Shown here in pieces: positions 36,218 through 45,969 of a stretch of DNA of 64,000 nt. Under the pieces are notes generated by a model, which was given only the letters and a program-made list of their open reading frames with translations, made no database searches and was not told the origin of the DNA. Source of the DNA: an uncultured delta proteobacterium (GTDB taxonomy: Bacteria; Desulfobacterota; RBG-13-43-22); the NCBI GenBank assembly GCA_963716045.1, contig CAVQSS010000009.1, positions 128,852-192,851 of the forward strand, in the 5' to 3' direction. The position numbers and the translations under genes are program-made. The first letter of the stretch is position 1; each line of letters starts with the position of its first letter.

Positions 36218-38038
36218 ATGGAGATTCAGAAACGACCCGCCCTTTGCCCCGCTTGCGGGACCAGGTATCGTGTTCCGGAAACCGCCCTTCATAAAATTGC
36301 CCCCTGTTTAAAATGCGGCCAAAAATTCAAAATAGTCTTCGAAGATGGGCCTCTTCCCGACCCCCCGCCCGCGGCGACGGAAAAAGAGGCCATCCCTGAC
36401 CCTGCAAAAGCGGTCGAACCCCAGGAGACGAACGTCCCCGAACTCGAATCGTTTGGATTTAAAATAGTGGTTCTTGATGACCGCCTAAGCGTCCGATTAT
36501 TCCCGCCGGAGTCCTTGCCGGAGTCCCTCACCCCGGAAGCTTTGAGAGAGTATCTTTCCGAAAAAGGGATCGTCCATGGATTAATCAAGGATGAAGGCTT
36601 CACCAGCTTGATGAATTCCCCGGGATCGAAGGAGGAGGGCTGGTTGATCGCCGAAGGAACTCCTCCCCAGCCGGGAGAAGACGCGAAAATTATCTATCAT
36701 TTTGACACGGAAGCCCATAAGGTCGGGACCGTTCGAGAAGGCGGCATTATTGACTTCAAGGACAAAGGAGAAATCCAGCAAGTCAAGGAAGGAGAACTAC
36801 TGGCCGAAAAAGTCCCTTTGGTAAAGGAGGTCCCAGGGAAAGATGTCTTTGGGCAAATAATTCCGGTGGACAAGGCACAGGATCTGTTGTTGCTGGCCGG
36901 GGAAAACACCAAGGCTTCAGAAGATGGACGAAAGATTACCGCCAAGACCGGGGGGCGGCCGGCCCTGGCCAAAGATGGCCGGATCTCAGTCTATCCGGAA
37001 CTGAGAATCGAGGGGGACGTGGGATTGGAGACCGGCCACATCCAGTTTAGTGGCCATGTCAATGTGCGCGGGATCATCCAGGAGGGATTTCGGGTCAAGG
37101 GCGGGCGTCTGACGGCTTTGGAGATCAACAAGGCCGAGGTGGACATCGAGGGGGATATCGATATTCAGGGAGGCATCATTGGATCCAAGGTCAAGACCAA
37201 AGGAAATATTAAAGCCCGCTATATAGAAACATCCACTATTCGGGCCTGGGGGGATATCAGTGTCCGGGATGAGGTTTTGCATGGGGATATTGAGATCAAC
37301 GGCCTCTTGTCGATGAGCTCCCCGGCTGGTAAAATCATCTCCTCCACCATTTCAGCCCGGAAAGGAATGGAAGCGGCGATTATCGGTTCAGACGCTTCTC
37401 GGCCCTGTACCTTAATAATCGGGGTCGACTCGCAGGCTAAGGAGTTGAGCGAACATCTTGGCCTGGAAATTGAGAACCGGAAAAAAGAACAAGAGGTCTG
37501 CAGAAAAGAAATTGAAAAGTTGAAACGGGATTCAAAAAGCTATGACGGCCAGATTGCCCACCTGGCCCAGATTCAGGATCGCGGGATCTTGGAACAGAAA
37601 TCTCTCAAAACCCAGATTGAAGAATTGGGGAAAAAAAACGAGTTGACCCGTCTGTCCCAGGTGGAGTGGGAAAACAAGAACCTGGAATTAAAAATCAAGT
37701 CCGCGGAAGAATCGCTAAATCAATTGATGGAACAACAAGATCTGGTTACCGAGACTATCCTGGCCCACCAGCAGGCCATTAAAGGACAGGAACAGGCCAT
37801 CCAGGAGATTAACGGCCAGATTGAAAAAATAAAGCAAGAGGCCAACGAGGAAAACATCAAGCCCTTCGCCAAAATCAAACAGGTTATTCATTCCGGAACA
37901 ATGATTCGGGGGAAACAGGCCTCTCTGGTCATTAATTCGGACCTAAAACGCATCCAGTTTGCGGAAAGACAGGCGACCGTTACGGACGAATCCGGCCAGC
38001 CGTTAACGCTCTGGGAAATCGCCATGGCTGATCTGTAA
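36218..38038 (+). CDS. FapA (DUF342) flagellar-assembly-type protein with an N-terminal zinc ribbon
   Basis: 606 aa. N-terminus CPACGTRYRVP...CLKCGQKF (CxxC...CxxC). DUF342 core: AEGTPPQPGEDAKIIYHFD, IDFKDKGEIQQVKEGELLAEKVP. This is followed by beta-helix-like repeats (GDV.., GHV.., GDI..) and a long C-terminal coiled coil. Confidence 0.8.
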   Translation: MEIQKRPALCPACGTRYRVPETALHKIAPCLKCGQKFKIVFEDGPLPDPPPAATEKEAIPDPAKAVEPQETNVPELESFGFKIVVLDDRLSVRLFPPESLPESLTPEALREYLSEKGIVHGLIKDEGFTSLMNSPGSKEEGWLIAEGTPPQPGEDAKIIYHFDTEAHKVGTVREGGIIDFKDKGEIQQVKEGELLAEKVPLVKEVPGKDVFGQIIPVDKAQDLLLLAGENTKASEDGRKITAKTGGRPALAKDGRISVYPELRIEGDVGLETGHIQFSGHVNVRGIIQEGFRVKGGRLTALEINKAEVDIEGDIDIQGGIIGSKVKTKGNIKARYIETSTIRAWGDISVRDEVLHGDIEINGLLSMSSPAGKIISSTISARKGMEAAIIGSDASRPCTLIIGVDSQAKELSEHLGLEIENRKKEQEVCRKEIEKLKRDSKSYDGQIAHLAQIQDRGILEQKSLKTQIEELGKKNELTRLSQVEWENKNLELKIKSAEESLNQLMEQQDLVTETILAHQQAIKGQEQAIQEINGQIEKIKQEANEENIKPFAKIKQVIHSGTMIRGKQASLVINSDLKRIQFAERQATVTDESGQPLTLWEIAMADL

Positions 38039-38160
38039 TTCCCCCTCCGTTTTTTAAACGGCACTACCGTCTTATCCCGCCCCGGGGTCTCCTTCCTTTT
38101 GCTTGCATTTGGCGGGCTCGTTTGTTAAATTACTCCCATTTAACTAAGGAATTGAAAAGA

Positions 38161-38577
38161 ATGAAGATAGCCGTGGTGGACGGACAGGGCGGCGGGATCG
38201 GGAGCGCCGTGATCAAAAGGCTTCGCGAGGAATTCGGCGAATCCGTCCAGATCATCGCCTTGGGCACCAATTCCATTGCCACGGCCCAGATGATCAGGGC
38301 CCGGGCCAACAAAGGGGCTACCGGAGAGAACGCCATCATTCAAACGGCGTCAAAAATGGACATTATCGTGGGCCCCATCGGCATTGTCCTGGCTCAAGCC
38401 ATGATGGGGGAAGTATCGCCGGCCATCGCCCAGGCCATAGCCGAATGCCCGGCCCTGAAACTGCTCATTCCCCTTTCCCAGGAAAATGTGGAAATCATGG
38501 GGTTTGTATCGGAACCGCTCCCTCATTTAGTGGACAAAATAATTCGTCGTTTAAAGGAGGTTCAGCAACATGTGTGA
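38161..38577 (+). CDS. DUF3842 family protein
   Basis: 138 aa from the ATG at 38161 (RBS AAGGA upstream). MKIAVVDGQGGGIGSAVIKRLREE...IIALGTNSIATAQMIRARANKGATGENAII...IIVGPIGIV matches the DUF3842 pattern as I recall it. Confidence 0.7.
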   Translation: MKIAVVDGQGGGIGSAVIKRLREEFGESVQIIALGTNSIATAQMIRARANKGATGENAIIQTASKMDIIVGPIGIVLAQAMMGEVSPAIAQAIAECPALKLLIPLSQENVEIMGFVSEPLPHLVDKIIRRLKEVQQHV

Positions 38578-38758
38578 AGCATCGGCCTTCATCCTGCGGG
38601 ACGGCCAGGAGGAACTGGTCTTGGAAAGCGTGGATATCCTCGAACAGGAAAACGGGAATATCCGCCTGGTAAATATTTTCGGCGAGCAAAAGGTACTGCC
38701 GGCGAAAATCAAAAAATTGTCTTTAGTGGATCACAAGATTATATTGGAATCGAAGTAA
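38570..38758 (+). CDS. CooT-family nickel-binding protein
   Basis: 62 aa. The N-terminal MCEASAFILRDGQEELVLESVDIL... with Cys2 is the CooT signature. An 8-nt overlap (ATGTGTGA) links it to the DUF3842 gene. Confidence 0.75.
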   Translation: MCEASAFILRDGQEELVLESVDILEQENGNIRLVNIFGEQKVLPAKIKKLSLVDHKIILESK

Positions 38759-38763
38759 CCCTA

Positions 38764-39405
38764 ATGGAGGATTCTATGATCGAGGAAATTTTCAAAAAGC
38801 TTTTCTGGCTGGGACACGATGGTATCCTCTATCAGAACAAAAAAACCATCTATTTCGACCCCTACCAAATAGCTGCCGGCGGACCTCCGGCGGACCTGAT
38901 CCTGATCACCCACGACCATTTCGACCACTGCTCCCCGGAGGACGTGGCCAAGATCCAGACCAAAGACACCCTGATCATCACCGAGCCGGACTCCGCCAAA
39001 AAACTCAGCGGCCGGGTGGAGACCCTGAAGCCGGGCGAGGTGAAACAATGGGAAGGGATGACCATCGAAGCCGTACCCGCCTATAATACGGACAAAGATT
39101 TTCACCCCCAAAAAAATAACTGGCTGGGTTTTATCGTCACCATCGAAGGGGTCCGAATCTATCACCCGGGCGACGCGGATTTCATTCCGGAAATGAAAAC
39201 CCTGAAAGCGGATATCGCCTTCCTGCCGGTTTCCGGGACCTACGTAATGACCGCCAAACAGGCGGCCGAGGCCGCCCGGGCCATCAAGCCCCAAATCGCC
39301 GTCCCCATGCACTACGGGGCCATTGTCGGTTCGGATAAAGATGCGGAGGAGTTCAAGAAGTTGTTAAAAGGGGAAATCGAGGTAAGGGTTCTGTCAAAAA
39401 TATAA
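38764..39405 (+). CDS. MBL-fold metallo-hydrolase
   Basis: 213 aa. HxHxDH motif LITHDHFDHCSP, then later YHPGDADF and VPMHYG. It starts 5 nt after the CooT stop codon. Confidence 0.85.
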   Translation: MEDSMIEEIFKKLFWLGHDGILYQNKKTIYFDPYQIAAGGPPADLILITHDHFDHCSPEDVAKIQTKDTLIITEPDSAKKLSGRVETLKPGEVKQWEGMTIEAVPAYNTDKDFHPQKNNWLGFIVTIEGVRIYHPGDADFIPEMKTLKADIAFLPVSGTYVMTAKQAAEAARAIKPQIAVPMHYGAIVGSDKDAEEFKKLLKGEIEVRVLSKI

Positions 39406-39445
39406 AAGATCGGATGAAGGAAAAAGAGGAATCCGGTTGATACGA

Positions 39446-39478
39446 AAAGGGCCTCGAGTATTCGATGCCCTTTTTTTA
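39446..39478. terminator. Terminator hairpin between the convergent MBL (+) and SH3 (-) genes
   Basis: AAAGGGC-CTCGAGTATTCGAT-GCCCTTT with an inner TCGA/TCGA pairing, followed by a T7 run. Confidence 0.55.
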
Positions 39479-39557
39479 TTTCTTAATCCTATTGTCGGGG
39501 GAGGTAACCGCAACCCTCCTCATTTTTCTTGAAGTGGAAAGCAGGTATAAAAGGGGC

Positions 39558-40214
39558 TTAGTAATACTTGGAAGTCTTCTTTTTCCCCCGGCTGGCCAGC
39601 CAACCGAGGATAAGCCCGATAAAGAGCACGCCTGAACCGGACAAAAACCACCAGATCTGTTCATTGAGGCGCTGGTTTTTTTCCCGCTGTTGGCTGGAGG
39701 TGGCCTGCTGTTTCAATTCATTAATCTGTTTCTCGAGTTGATCGTTGCGGGCCTTCAGTTGATTCAATTCCGGTGTCACCCGGCTCTGCTTTTCCTGTTG
39801 CAGGTCCTGCAGCGCTTTTTTCCCCTCCTCGTTTTCCTTCAATATTTTTTCCCGTTCCTGTTTAGAGGTTTCCAGTTGTTTTGAAAAGGCCAGATTTTGA
39901 TCTCTTACCCCTTTGAGTTCCTCCAGCATCTTGGGGTCCACGGCAGTCGCCGTTCTGACCTGGTCCACCAGAAAACGGGTAGACACCCAACCCACGGCCC
40001 CGTTGGGCAGTTTGACTTTCGTCCAATTCTGATCGCCTTCCAGGACCTCCACCCGGTCCCCGGTCTTGACCGAGGCCACAAACTTTTGTTCAATCCCGAT
40101 GCCGGAGCGGACGCCGACTTCTATGCGGTCGGTAATGAACATGGTCTTAGCCCAGAGGGGTGAAGAGGATAGGACCATCAACCCTAACACGGCTGACCAT
40201 AGGCGTTTCATCAT
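39558..40214 (-). CDS. SH3-domain membrane protein (YgiM / TIGR04211-like)
   Basis: 218 aa. Signal peptide, SH3b domain (VKTGDRVEVLEGDQNWTKVKLPNGAVGWVSTRFL), coiled coil, and a C-terminal TM helix (WWFLSGSGVLFIGLILGWL). Confidence 0.7.
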   Translation of the reverse strand: MMKRLWSAVLGLMVLSSSPLWAKTMFITDRIEVGVRSGIGIEQKFVASVKTGDRVEVLEGDQNWTKVKLPNGAVGWVSTRFLVDQVRTATAVDPKMLEELKGVRDQNLAFSKQLETSKQEREKILKENEEGKKALQDLQQEKQSRVTPELNQLKARNDQLEKQINELKQQATSSQQREKNQRLNEQIWWFLSGSGVLFIGLILGWLASRGKKKTSKYY

Positions 40215-40295
40215 GGGAGGCCCCCTTTTTCGGGATAGTACTTCAGCGGCGAATGGATTTTAATGAATTAAAAACGGCAAGTCAAATTTATAAAA

Positions 40296-40322
40296 CAAAA
40301 AGCCCCCGAAGAGGGGGCTTTT
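40296..40322 (-). terminator. Rho-independent terminator after groEL
   Basis: GCCCCC-GAAGA-GGGGGC stem-loop flanked by A5 and T5 runs. Confidence 0.75.
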
Positions 40323-40346
40323 TGTTTTATCCGGATTGATTAAGAT

Positions 40347-41996
40347 TTAGTACATACCGCCCATGCCGCCCATACCACCCATACCGCCGCCCGGAGGCAT
40401 CCCCGGCATGGCTTCCTTGGGAGCAGGCTTCTCGGCCACCATGGCCTCGGTGGTCAAAAGCAGCGAGGCTACGGAAGCCGCATTCTGCAAGGCAAAACGG
40501 GTGACTTTGGTCGGGTCGATGACCCCGGCCTTCATCAGGTCTTCATAAACGCCGGTCTCGGCGTTGAAGCCGGTGGCGCCTTTTTCGGACTTCAATTTCT
40601 CCACCACTACGGAACCCTCAAAGCCGGCGTTGTTGGCGATCTGACGGACCGGTTCCTCTAAAGCCCGGCGAATGATGTTGACCCCTAAGGCCTCTTCGCC
40701 TTCCGCCTTGACTTTGTCCAGTCCGGCGATACTGCGCAGCAAAGCCACGCCCCCTCCGGGAACGATGCCTTCCTCAACCGCCGCCCGGGTGGCGTTTAAC
40801 GCGTCCTCAACACGGGCCTTCTTTTCCTTCATCTCGGTTTCAGTGGCGGCCCCCACATTGATGACGGCCACGCCGCCGATCAACTTGGCCAGACGCTCCT
40901 GCAGTTTCTCCCGGTCATAATCGGAGGTGGTCTCATCGATCTGGGCCCGAATCTGTTTCACCCGACCTTCGAGAGCCGACTTTTCCCCGCCGCCGTCGAC
41001 GATGGTCGAATTGTCCTTATCGATACTGACCCGTTTGGCAGTGCCTAAATCCTTCAAGCTCACATTTTCCAGTTTGATCCCCAAGTCTTCGGAAATCATC
41101 TGGCCGCCGGTCAAAATGGCGATGTCTTCCAGCATGGCCTTCCGTCGATCCCCGAAGCCCGGGGCCTTGACGGCGGCGCAGGAGAAGGTGCCCCGCAGTT
41201 TATTCACCACCAGGGTGGCCAGGGCCTCGCCCTCGACTTCCTCGGCAATGATGAGCAGGGGACGGCCCATCTTGGCGATCTGCTCCAGCAGGGGCAGCAG
41301 GTCTTTCATATTGCTGATCTTTTTCTCGTTGATCAGGATGTAGGGATCGTTTAAAACGGCGGTCATTTTTTCCGGGTCGGTTACGAAATAGGGGGAGATA
41401 TAGCCCCGATCGAACTGCATGCCTTCAACCACCTCCAGGGTGGTTTCCATGCTTTTGGCCTCTTCCACGGTAATAACGCCTTCTTTGCCGACTTTTTCCA
41501 TGGCCTCGGCGATAATATTGCCGATGGTGGAGTCGTTGTTGGCCGAAATGGTCCCGACCTGGGCGATTTCTTTGTGGTCTTTGGTGGGCTTGCTGATCTT
41601 TTTCAGTTCTTCTATCACCTGATCCACGGCCTTTTCAATCCCCCGCTTGATGGCCATGGGATTGCTGCCGGCCGCCACTAACTTGGAACCCTCGCGATAG
41701 ATGGACTGAGCCAAGAGGGTCGCGGTGGTGGTTCCGTCACCGGCCACATCGCTGGTCTTGGAGGCCACTTCCTTCACCATCTGGGCCCCCATATTTTCAA
41801 ACTTATCCTCTAATTCGATCTCCTTGGCGACCGTAACGCCGTCCTTGGTAATCGTCGGGGAACCGAAAGATTTGTCCAAAATCACGTTGCGACCCTTGGG
41901 GCCCAAGGTTACCTTAACCGCATCGGCCAGGGTATCGATACCCTTGGCCATGGCCTCGCGGGCCTTGACACTATAGCGAATCTCTTTAGCTGACAT
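40347..41996 (-). CDS. groL: Chaperonin GroEL
   Basis: 549 aa. Contains [36 protein letters not shown] and the GGM-repeat C-terminus. Confidence 0.99.
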   Translation of the reverse strand: MSAKEIRYSVKAREAMAKGIDTLADAVKVTLGPKGRNVILDKSFGSPTITKDGVTVAKEIELEDKFENMGAQMVKEVASKTSDVAGDGTTTATLLAQSIYREGSKLVAAGSNPMAIKRGIEKAVDQVIEELKKISKPTKDHKEIAQVGTISANNDSTIGNIIAEAMEKVGKEGVITVEEAKSMETTLEVVEGMQFDRGYISPYFVTDPEKMTAVLNDPYILINEKKISNMKDLLPLLEQIAKMGRPLLIIAEEVEGEALATLVVNKLRGTFSCAAVKAPGFGDRRKAMLEDIAILTGGQMISEDLGIKLENVSLKDLGTAKRVSIDKDNSTIVDGGGEKSALEGRVKQIRAQIDETTSDYDREKLQERLAKLIGGVAVINVGAATETEMKEKKARVEDALNATRAAVEEGIVPGGGVALLRSIAGLDKVKAEGEEALGVNIIRRALEEPVRQIANNAGFEGSVVVEKLKSEKGATGFNAETGVYEDLMKAGVIDPTKVTRFALQNAASVASLLLTTEAMVAEKPAPKEAMPGMPPGGGMGGMGGMGGMY

Positions 41997-42007
41997 ATTA
42001 TCTCTCC

Positions 42008-42295
42008 TTATTCCACTACGCCTAAGATATCATCTTCGCGCATCATTAAATACTCTTCCCCGTCGATCTTGATCTCGGTCCCGGAATATTTTCCAAATAG
42101 AACCTTATCCCCTGCCTTAACGTCCATGGCAACCTTGGTCCCACTGTCCAGGACTTTTCCGGGGCCCACGGCGATCACTTTACCCTCTTGGGGTTTCTCT
42201 TTGGCGGTATCCGGAATAATGATTCCACCTTTGGTCACCTCTTCCTCAGCAATCCGCTGAACGATGACCCGATCATGCAATGGCCTGATCTTCAT
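42008..42295 (-). CDS. groES: Co-chaperonin GroES
   Basis: 95 aa from the internal ATG ([44 protein letters not shown]). The longer track ORF would begin inside the CIRCE/promoter region. Confidence 0.97.
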   Translation of the reverse strand: MKIRPLHDRVIVQRIAEEEVTKGGIIIPDTAKEKPQEGKVIAVGPGKVLDSGTKVAMDVKAGDKVLFGKYSGTEIKIDGEEYLMMREDDILGVVE

Positions 42296-42345
42296 ACTTT
42301 TACACTCCTTCCTAAATGGTTTGATTTTTACGACAGAATGGATTA

Positions 42346-42372
42346 TTAGCACTCATCGTGTGATAGTGCTAA
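42346..42372 (-). promoter_or_regulatory. CIRCE operator (HrcA binding site)
   Basis: TTAGCACTC-N9-TAGTGCTAA compared with the consensus TTAGCACTC-N9-GAGTGCTAA, one mismatch. It lies directly upstream of groES. Confidence 0.85.
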
Positions 42373-42399
42373 TATAAAGCCTAAATGTTAAAATTTCAA
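42371..42399 (-). promoter_or_regulatory. Sigma-70-type promoter of groES-groEL
   Basis: The minus strand reads TTGAAA-N17-TATATT, and the -10 element abuts CIRCE. Confidence 0.5.
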
Positions 42400-42495
42400 G
42401 CCCAAAAATAAATAAAATTTTTTTGGTTTATTAATTTCAGTTTTTCCAATATATTAGCCCAAATAGCCATTCACCAAAGAATAGGGGCAGCGATC

Positions 42496-43700
42496 ATGAT
42501 CCCTCGGGAACGGTTGGAAGAAATCGAAGAAATGACTTTGGCCCCCTATGCCTCAAAGAGCGCCCGGAGCCTGGGCCGAACCCTGCACGGGGACGAGCCG
42601 GATGAATTTCGGACTAATTTCCAGCGGGACCGGGACCGGATTCTATACAGCAAGGCCTTTAAGGACCTCCAATACAAGACCCAGGTCTTTCTGATCAGCG
42701 AGGGGGATTTCTACCGCACCCGCTTGACCCACACCCTGGAGGTGGCCCAGCATGCCCGGACACTGGCCCGCGCGCTAAAGCTCAACGAAGATTTGTGCGA
42801 GGCCATAGCCTACGCCCATGACATGGGCCACACCCCCTTCGGCCACACCGGTGAAGAGACGCTGAACGAGATCATGAAGCAGGAGGGGGGCTTTGAGCAT
42901 AACCTCCAGAGCCTGCGGATCGTGGATCTTCTGGAAAAACGCTATCCGGCTTACGAGGGGCTGAACCTTTGCTATGAAACCCGGGAAGGGATCGCCCGCC
43001 ACGCCACCACCTATGACCACCCCAGCATCCCGCCGGAATTCCAGCGTTTGGCTCAGCCGAGCCTGGAGGCCCAGGTGGTCAACATCGCCGACCCCTTGGC
43101 CTACTGCGCTCACGATTTGGAGGACGCCCTGAACGCCGGCTTCCTGTCCGTCAAAACCATTAATAACTTGGATAACCCCCTGGTACAGCGGGTGTTTCAG
43201 AAATGCCGGACCAAATACGACGGTTTCGAAGAGGGGGGGACCATCATTCAGGCCCGCCTATTGGTGCGTACCCTCATCGAGGAAACCAATATCATGGTTA
43301 TTACCCAGACCCTCGCCCGGATCGATCAATACGGGATCGACTCCCGGGAACAGGTCTGGAAAACAGCGGGGCCCATGGTCACGGCGCCGGAAAAAGACTG
43401 GGAGGATTTCAAGGCCTTAAAGCGGTTTCTCTTTGAGCACGTCTATAAAAGCCCCCAAGTCTGCATTATGAACGAAAAAGGGAGGCTGATCCTGACCCGT
43501 ATTTTTCGCCATCTGGAAAAACGCCCGGAGATGCTGCCGAAGGCCTTATTCGCCCGGATCGCGAAGGCGGGAGCCGGCCCAGCCCTCGGCGGGTGATTGT
43601 CGATTACATTTCCGGCATGACCGACCGCTACGCCATGGACCTCTATCAAATGATGTTTGAGCCCTACGAAAAGGTGATGTTCGGGTTCAGGGACTTATAG
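42496..43700 (+). pseudogene. dgt: dGTP triphosphohydrolase-like HD-domain protein with an apparent 1-nt frame disruption near its 3-prime end
   Basis: HD-domain motifs RLTHTLEVAQ and AHDMGHTPFGH are present. The main frame stops at 43596. The conserved family C-terminus (RRVIVDYISGMTDRYAMDLYQMMFEPYEKV...) continues in the -1 frame to 43700. Confidence 0.8.
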
Positions 43701-43723
43701 GTCATCAGTATTTTCGGGCGGAC

Positions 43724-44360
43724 CTATCGGGCAGCGCCGGAATAAATGGTCAGCAGGTGGCCGACCTCCAGCCCAGCTTTGGGGGATAAATTGTTCCAGC
43801 GGCGAATATCCTCCGGATCCACGCTGAATTTCTTGGCTACGGAAGGCAAGGTGTCCCCGGGGCGTATTTTATAGACAAAGGTCTTACGGACAGGCTTCTT
43901 CTCCTGGGCTTTTTCTATCTTTTTGGCTGGAGCGGGCTCTATCTTTTTAGCTGGGGCCGATTCCATTTTTTTGGATAAGTTGGCCAATTGGCCCTGTAAA
44001 CCGGCCAGCTTTTCGGCCGTGGTCTTTTGCTCGGCCTTCAAATCTCCCAATTCTTTTATCAGGCCGCCTAAATCCGTGTTTAATTTCTGCACCTCCCCTC
44101 TTAAAGCCACTATTTCCGGAGGTACGGAAGGCTTGGCCGAGGGCAGGGGCTTCATTCCCCAGATAAGCCAAAAGGCGTAGCCCAGGGCCGCCAGAGCGGC
44201 CACCAGGATCGGACCAAGCACCCAGCGGGTAATCGGCTTCTTTTCCTGGACCCGGTCTGACCGCCCAATCCGGGCCGCGCTGTTCTTCGAATTCCTCCAG
44301 GTCGGGGTCTACTTCCACCCGGGGTTCCACCCGATCCTCCGGGGGCACTTTTTTTTCCAT
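43724..44360 (-). pseudogene. LysM-domain membrane protein with an apparent frame disruption after the N-terminal cytoplasmic segment
   Basis: The ATG at 44360 has a strong AAGGAG RBS and reads MEKKVPPEDRVEP...EEFEEQ. The TM helix (LGPILVAALAALGYAFWLIW), coiled coil and LysM domain (YKIRPGDTLPSVAKKFSVDPEDIRRWNNL) are in the +1 frame, starting around 44250. Confidence 0.7.
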
Positions 44361-44383
44361 CCCCTGCTCCTTAAAAAAGACGC

Positions 44384-44866
44384 TTACACTTCAAAATCGA
44401 CCCGGATTTTGAAAATTTTTTCGGCCGGTAAACTGATCAAATCATTAATTCCCGTACCTGCTTTAATTTCCTCCAAGGCCTGATCAATGGTCTTCGTGGA
44501 CTCGCCAATAAAAGTGAACCAGATGTTGTATTCCCCATCCCGCTCGTAGTTGTGGGTTACGCCCGGGTAGCGATTGACCGTTTCAATAAAGTCGGCCAGC
44601 TTCTCTTCCGGTACTTTGGCCGCGCAGAGGGTGCTGGTAAATCCCAGACGGCGGGAATTGAAATTAGCACCGATTCGGCGGATGATCCCTTCATTCTTTA
44701 ATCGGGATACCCTCAGGATGACTTCTTTTTCGGAAAGGCGAAGCTTCTTCCCCACTTCCCGAAAAGGCCGGGACCTTAGGGGGAAGTGGGATTGGATCTC
44801 GTTTAAGATCTCCCGATCGATCCGATCCATCTTATACTTGGACGCCATCTCAGCGGAAGGATTCAT
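44384..44866 (-). CDS. AsnC/Lrp-like siroheme decarboxylase subunit (AhbA/AhbB, NirD family)
   Basis: 160 aa from the ATG at 44866 (ATGA overlap with the upstream gene). Contains DRIDREILNEIQSHFPLRSRPFREVGKKLRLSEKEVILRVSRLKNEGIIRRIGANFN. It sits next to a NirJ-like radical SAM gene and hemB. Confidence 0.75.
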   Translation of the reverse strand: MNPSAEMASKYKMDRIDREILNEIQSHFPLRSRPFREVGKKLRLSEKEVILRVSRLKNEGIIRRIGANFNSRRLGFTSTLCAAKVPEEKLADFIETVNRYPGVTHNYERDGEYNIWFTFIGESTKTIDQALEEIKAGTGINDLISLPAEKIFKIRVDFEV

Positions 44867-45969
44867 GAGTGGATCTCGGCGCCCACCCGGCGTTTGGGTT
44901 GGTAGCGGCACAGGGGCTCCTCGGCCAAATAATTTCCAGTAGCCGCAAAGGCGCGGGCCCGGCATCCCCCACAAACCCGAAAATATTCACACTGCCCGCA
45001 TTTGCCCTGGTACTGCGATTTATCCCGAAGGGCTGAAAAGACCGGCGAGTTTTCCCAGATGGTTTTAAAGGTTTCTTTGCGGACATTGCCGGCTTCGATT
45101 TCCAGATAACCGCAAGGTTGAACCTGCCCCCTGTGGGAGATAAAACAAAAACCGGTCCCGCCCAGGCAGCCCCGGGTCATGGCATCGAGGCCATGGGTTT
45201 TAGGTGTAATTTCCTTCCCTTCCTGATGGGCCAGCTCCCGAAGGATCCGGTAATAATGGGGGGCGCAGGTGGCTTTGATGGGCAGGGGAAATTCATCCTT
45301 TCGCTTGATCAGCCCCGTCAAGGTTTGCTCATAATCCTCCGCTGAAATGGTCTCCTCCGTCAAAGATCGACCCCGCCCGGTGGGAACCAGCATAAAAATG
45401 TGATGGGCCACGGCCCCCAATTGTTTTACCAGCTCCTGAATTTGGGGGATTTCCTTCAAATTGAGCCGGGTGATGGTGGTATTGATTTGAAATTCCAGGC
45501 CCACGGTTTTGGCGGCCTCAACTCCCTTAAGGACCCCGGCATAGGCCCCCGGCATCTGGCGGAAGTGATCGTGGCCTTCGGCCGTGGCGCCGTCCAGGCT
45601 GATGCTGATTCGTTGGATGCCGGCGGTCTTTAATTTTAAAGCCGTGGCCGGATCCAGCAGGGTGCCGTTTACGGCCATGACCATGCGCAATCCCAGTTCG
45701 TGACCGTAACGGGCCAGTTCAAATATGTCCGGGCGCAGCAGGGGCTCACCGCCGGTCAGGATGATCACCGGCTGACCCAATTCCCGGATCTGGCCTAAAA
45801 GTTTCAGTCCCTCGTCCGTGGTCAATTCGTCGTCATAGGGCCCCAGGACCGCCGAGGCCCGGCAATGGAGGCAGGACAGGTTGCACTGCCGGGTCACCTC
45901 CCAGGCCACCAACCGTACCGGAGGGATCGACGACGATCCCTGCGCTGTGCTTTCCGCGTTCGGGTGCAT
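44863..45969 (-). CDS. Radical SAM/SPASM protein, NirJ-like (AhbC/AhbD class, alternative haem biosynthesis)
   Basis: 368 aa. CxxxCxxC motif in TRQCNLSCLHCRAS. C-terminal Cys cluster in CGQCEYFRVCGGCRARAF. The hemB / NirJ-like / NirD-like order is as I recall it in Desulfovibrio. Confidence 0.75.
   Translation of the reverse strand: MHPNAESTAQGSSSIPPVRLVAWEVTRQCNLSCLHCRASAVLGPYDDELTTDEGLKLLGQIRELGQPVIILTGGEPLLRPDIFELARYGHELGLRMVMAVNGTLLDPATALKLKTAGIQRISISLDGATAEGHDHFRQMPGAYAGVLKGVEAAKTVGLEFQINTTITRLNLKEIPQIQELVKQLGAVAHHIFMLVPTGRGRSLTEETISAEDYEQTLTGLIKRKDEFPLPIKATCAPHYYRILRELAHQEGKEITPKTHGLDAMTRGCLGGTGFCFISHRGQVQPCGYLEIEAGNVRKETFKTIWENSPVFSALRDKSQYQGKCGQCEYFRVCGGCRARAFAATGNYLAEEPLCRYQPKRRVGAEIHS

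Noticed and set aside
38761-39312. A 183-aa minus-strand ORF overlapping the MBL hydrolase gene
   Set aside because: The plus-strand frame carries the HxHxDH metallo-hydrolase motifs and is tightly coupled to the CooT gene. The minus-strand frame is Gly/Asp/Arg-rich with no motifs.
43947-44360. A 137-aa ORF as an independent gene upstream of the LysM gene
   Set aside because: Only its first approximately 40 residues look protein-like and the rest is Gly/Arg junk. It is better explained as the true N-terminus of the LysM protein displaced by a frame shift.
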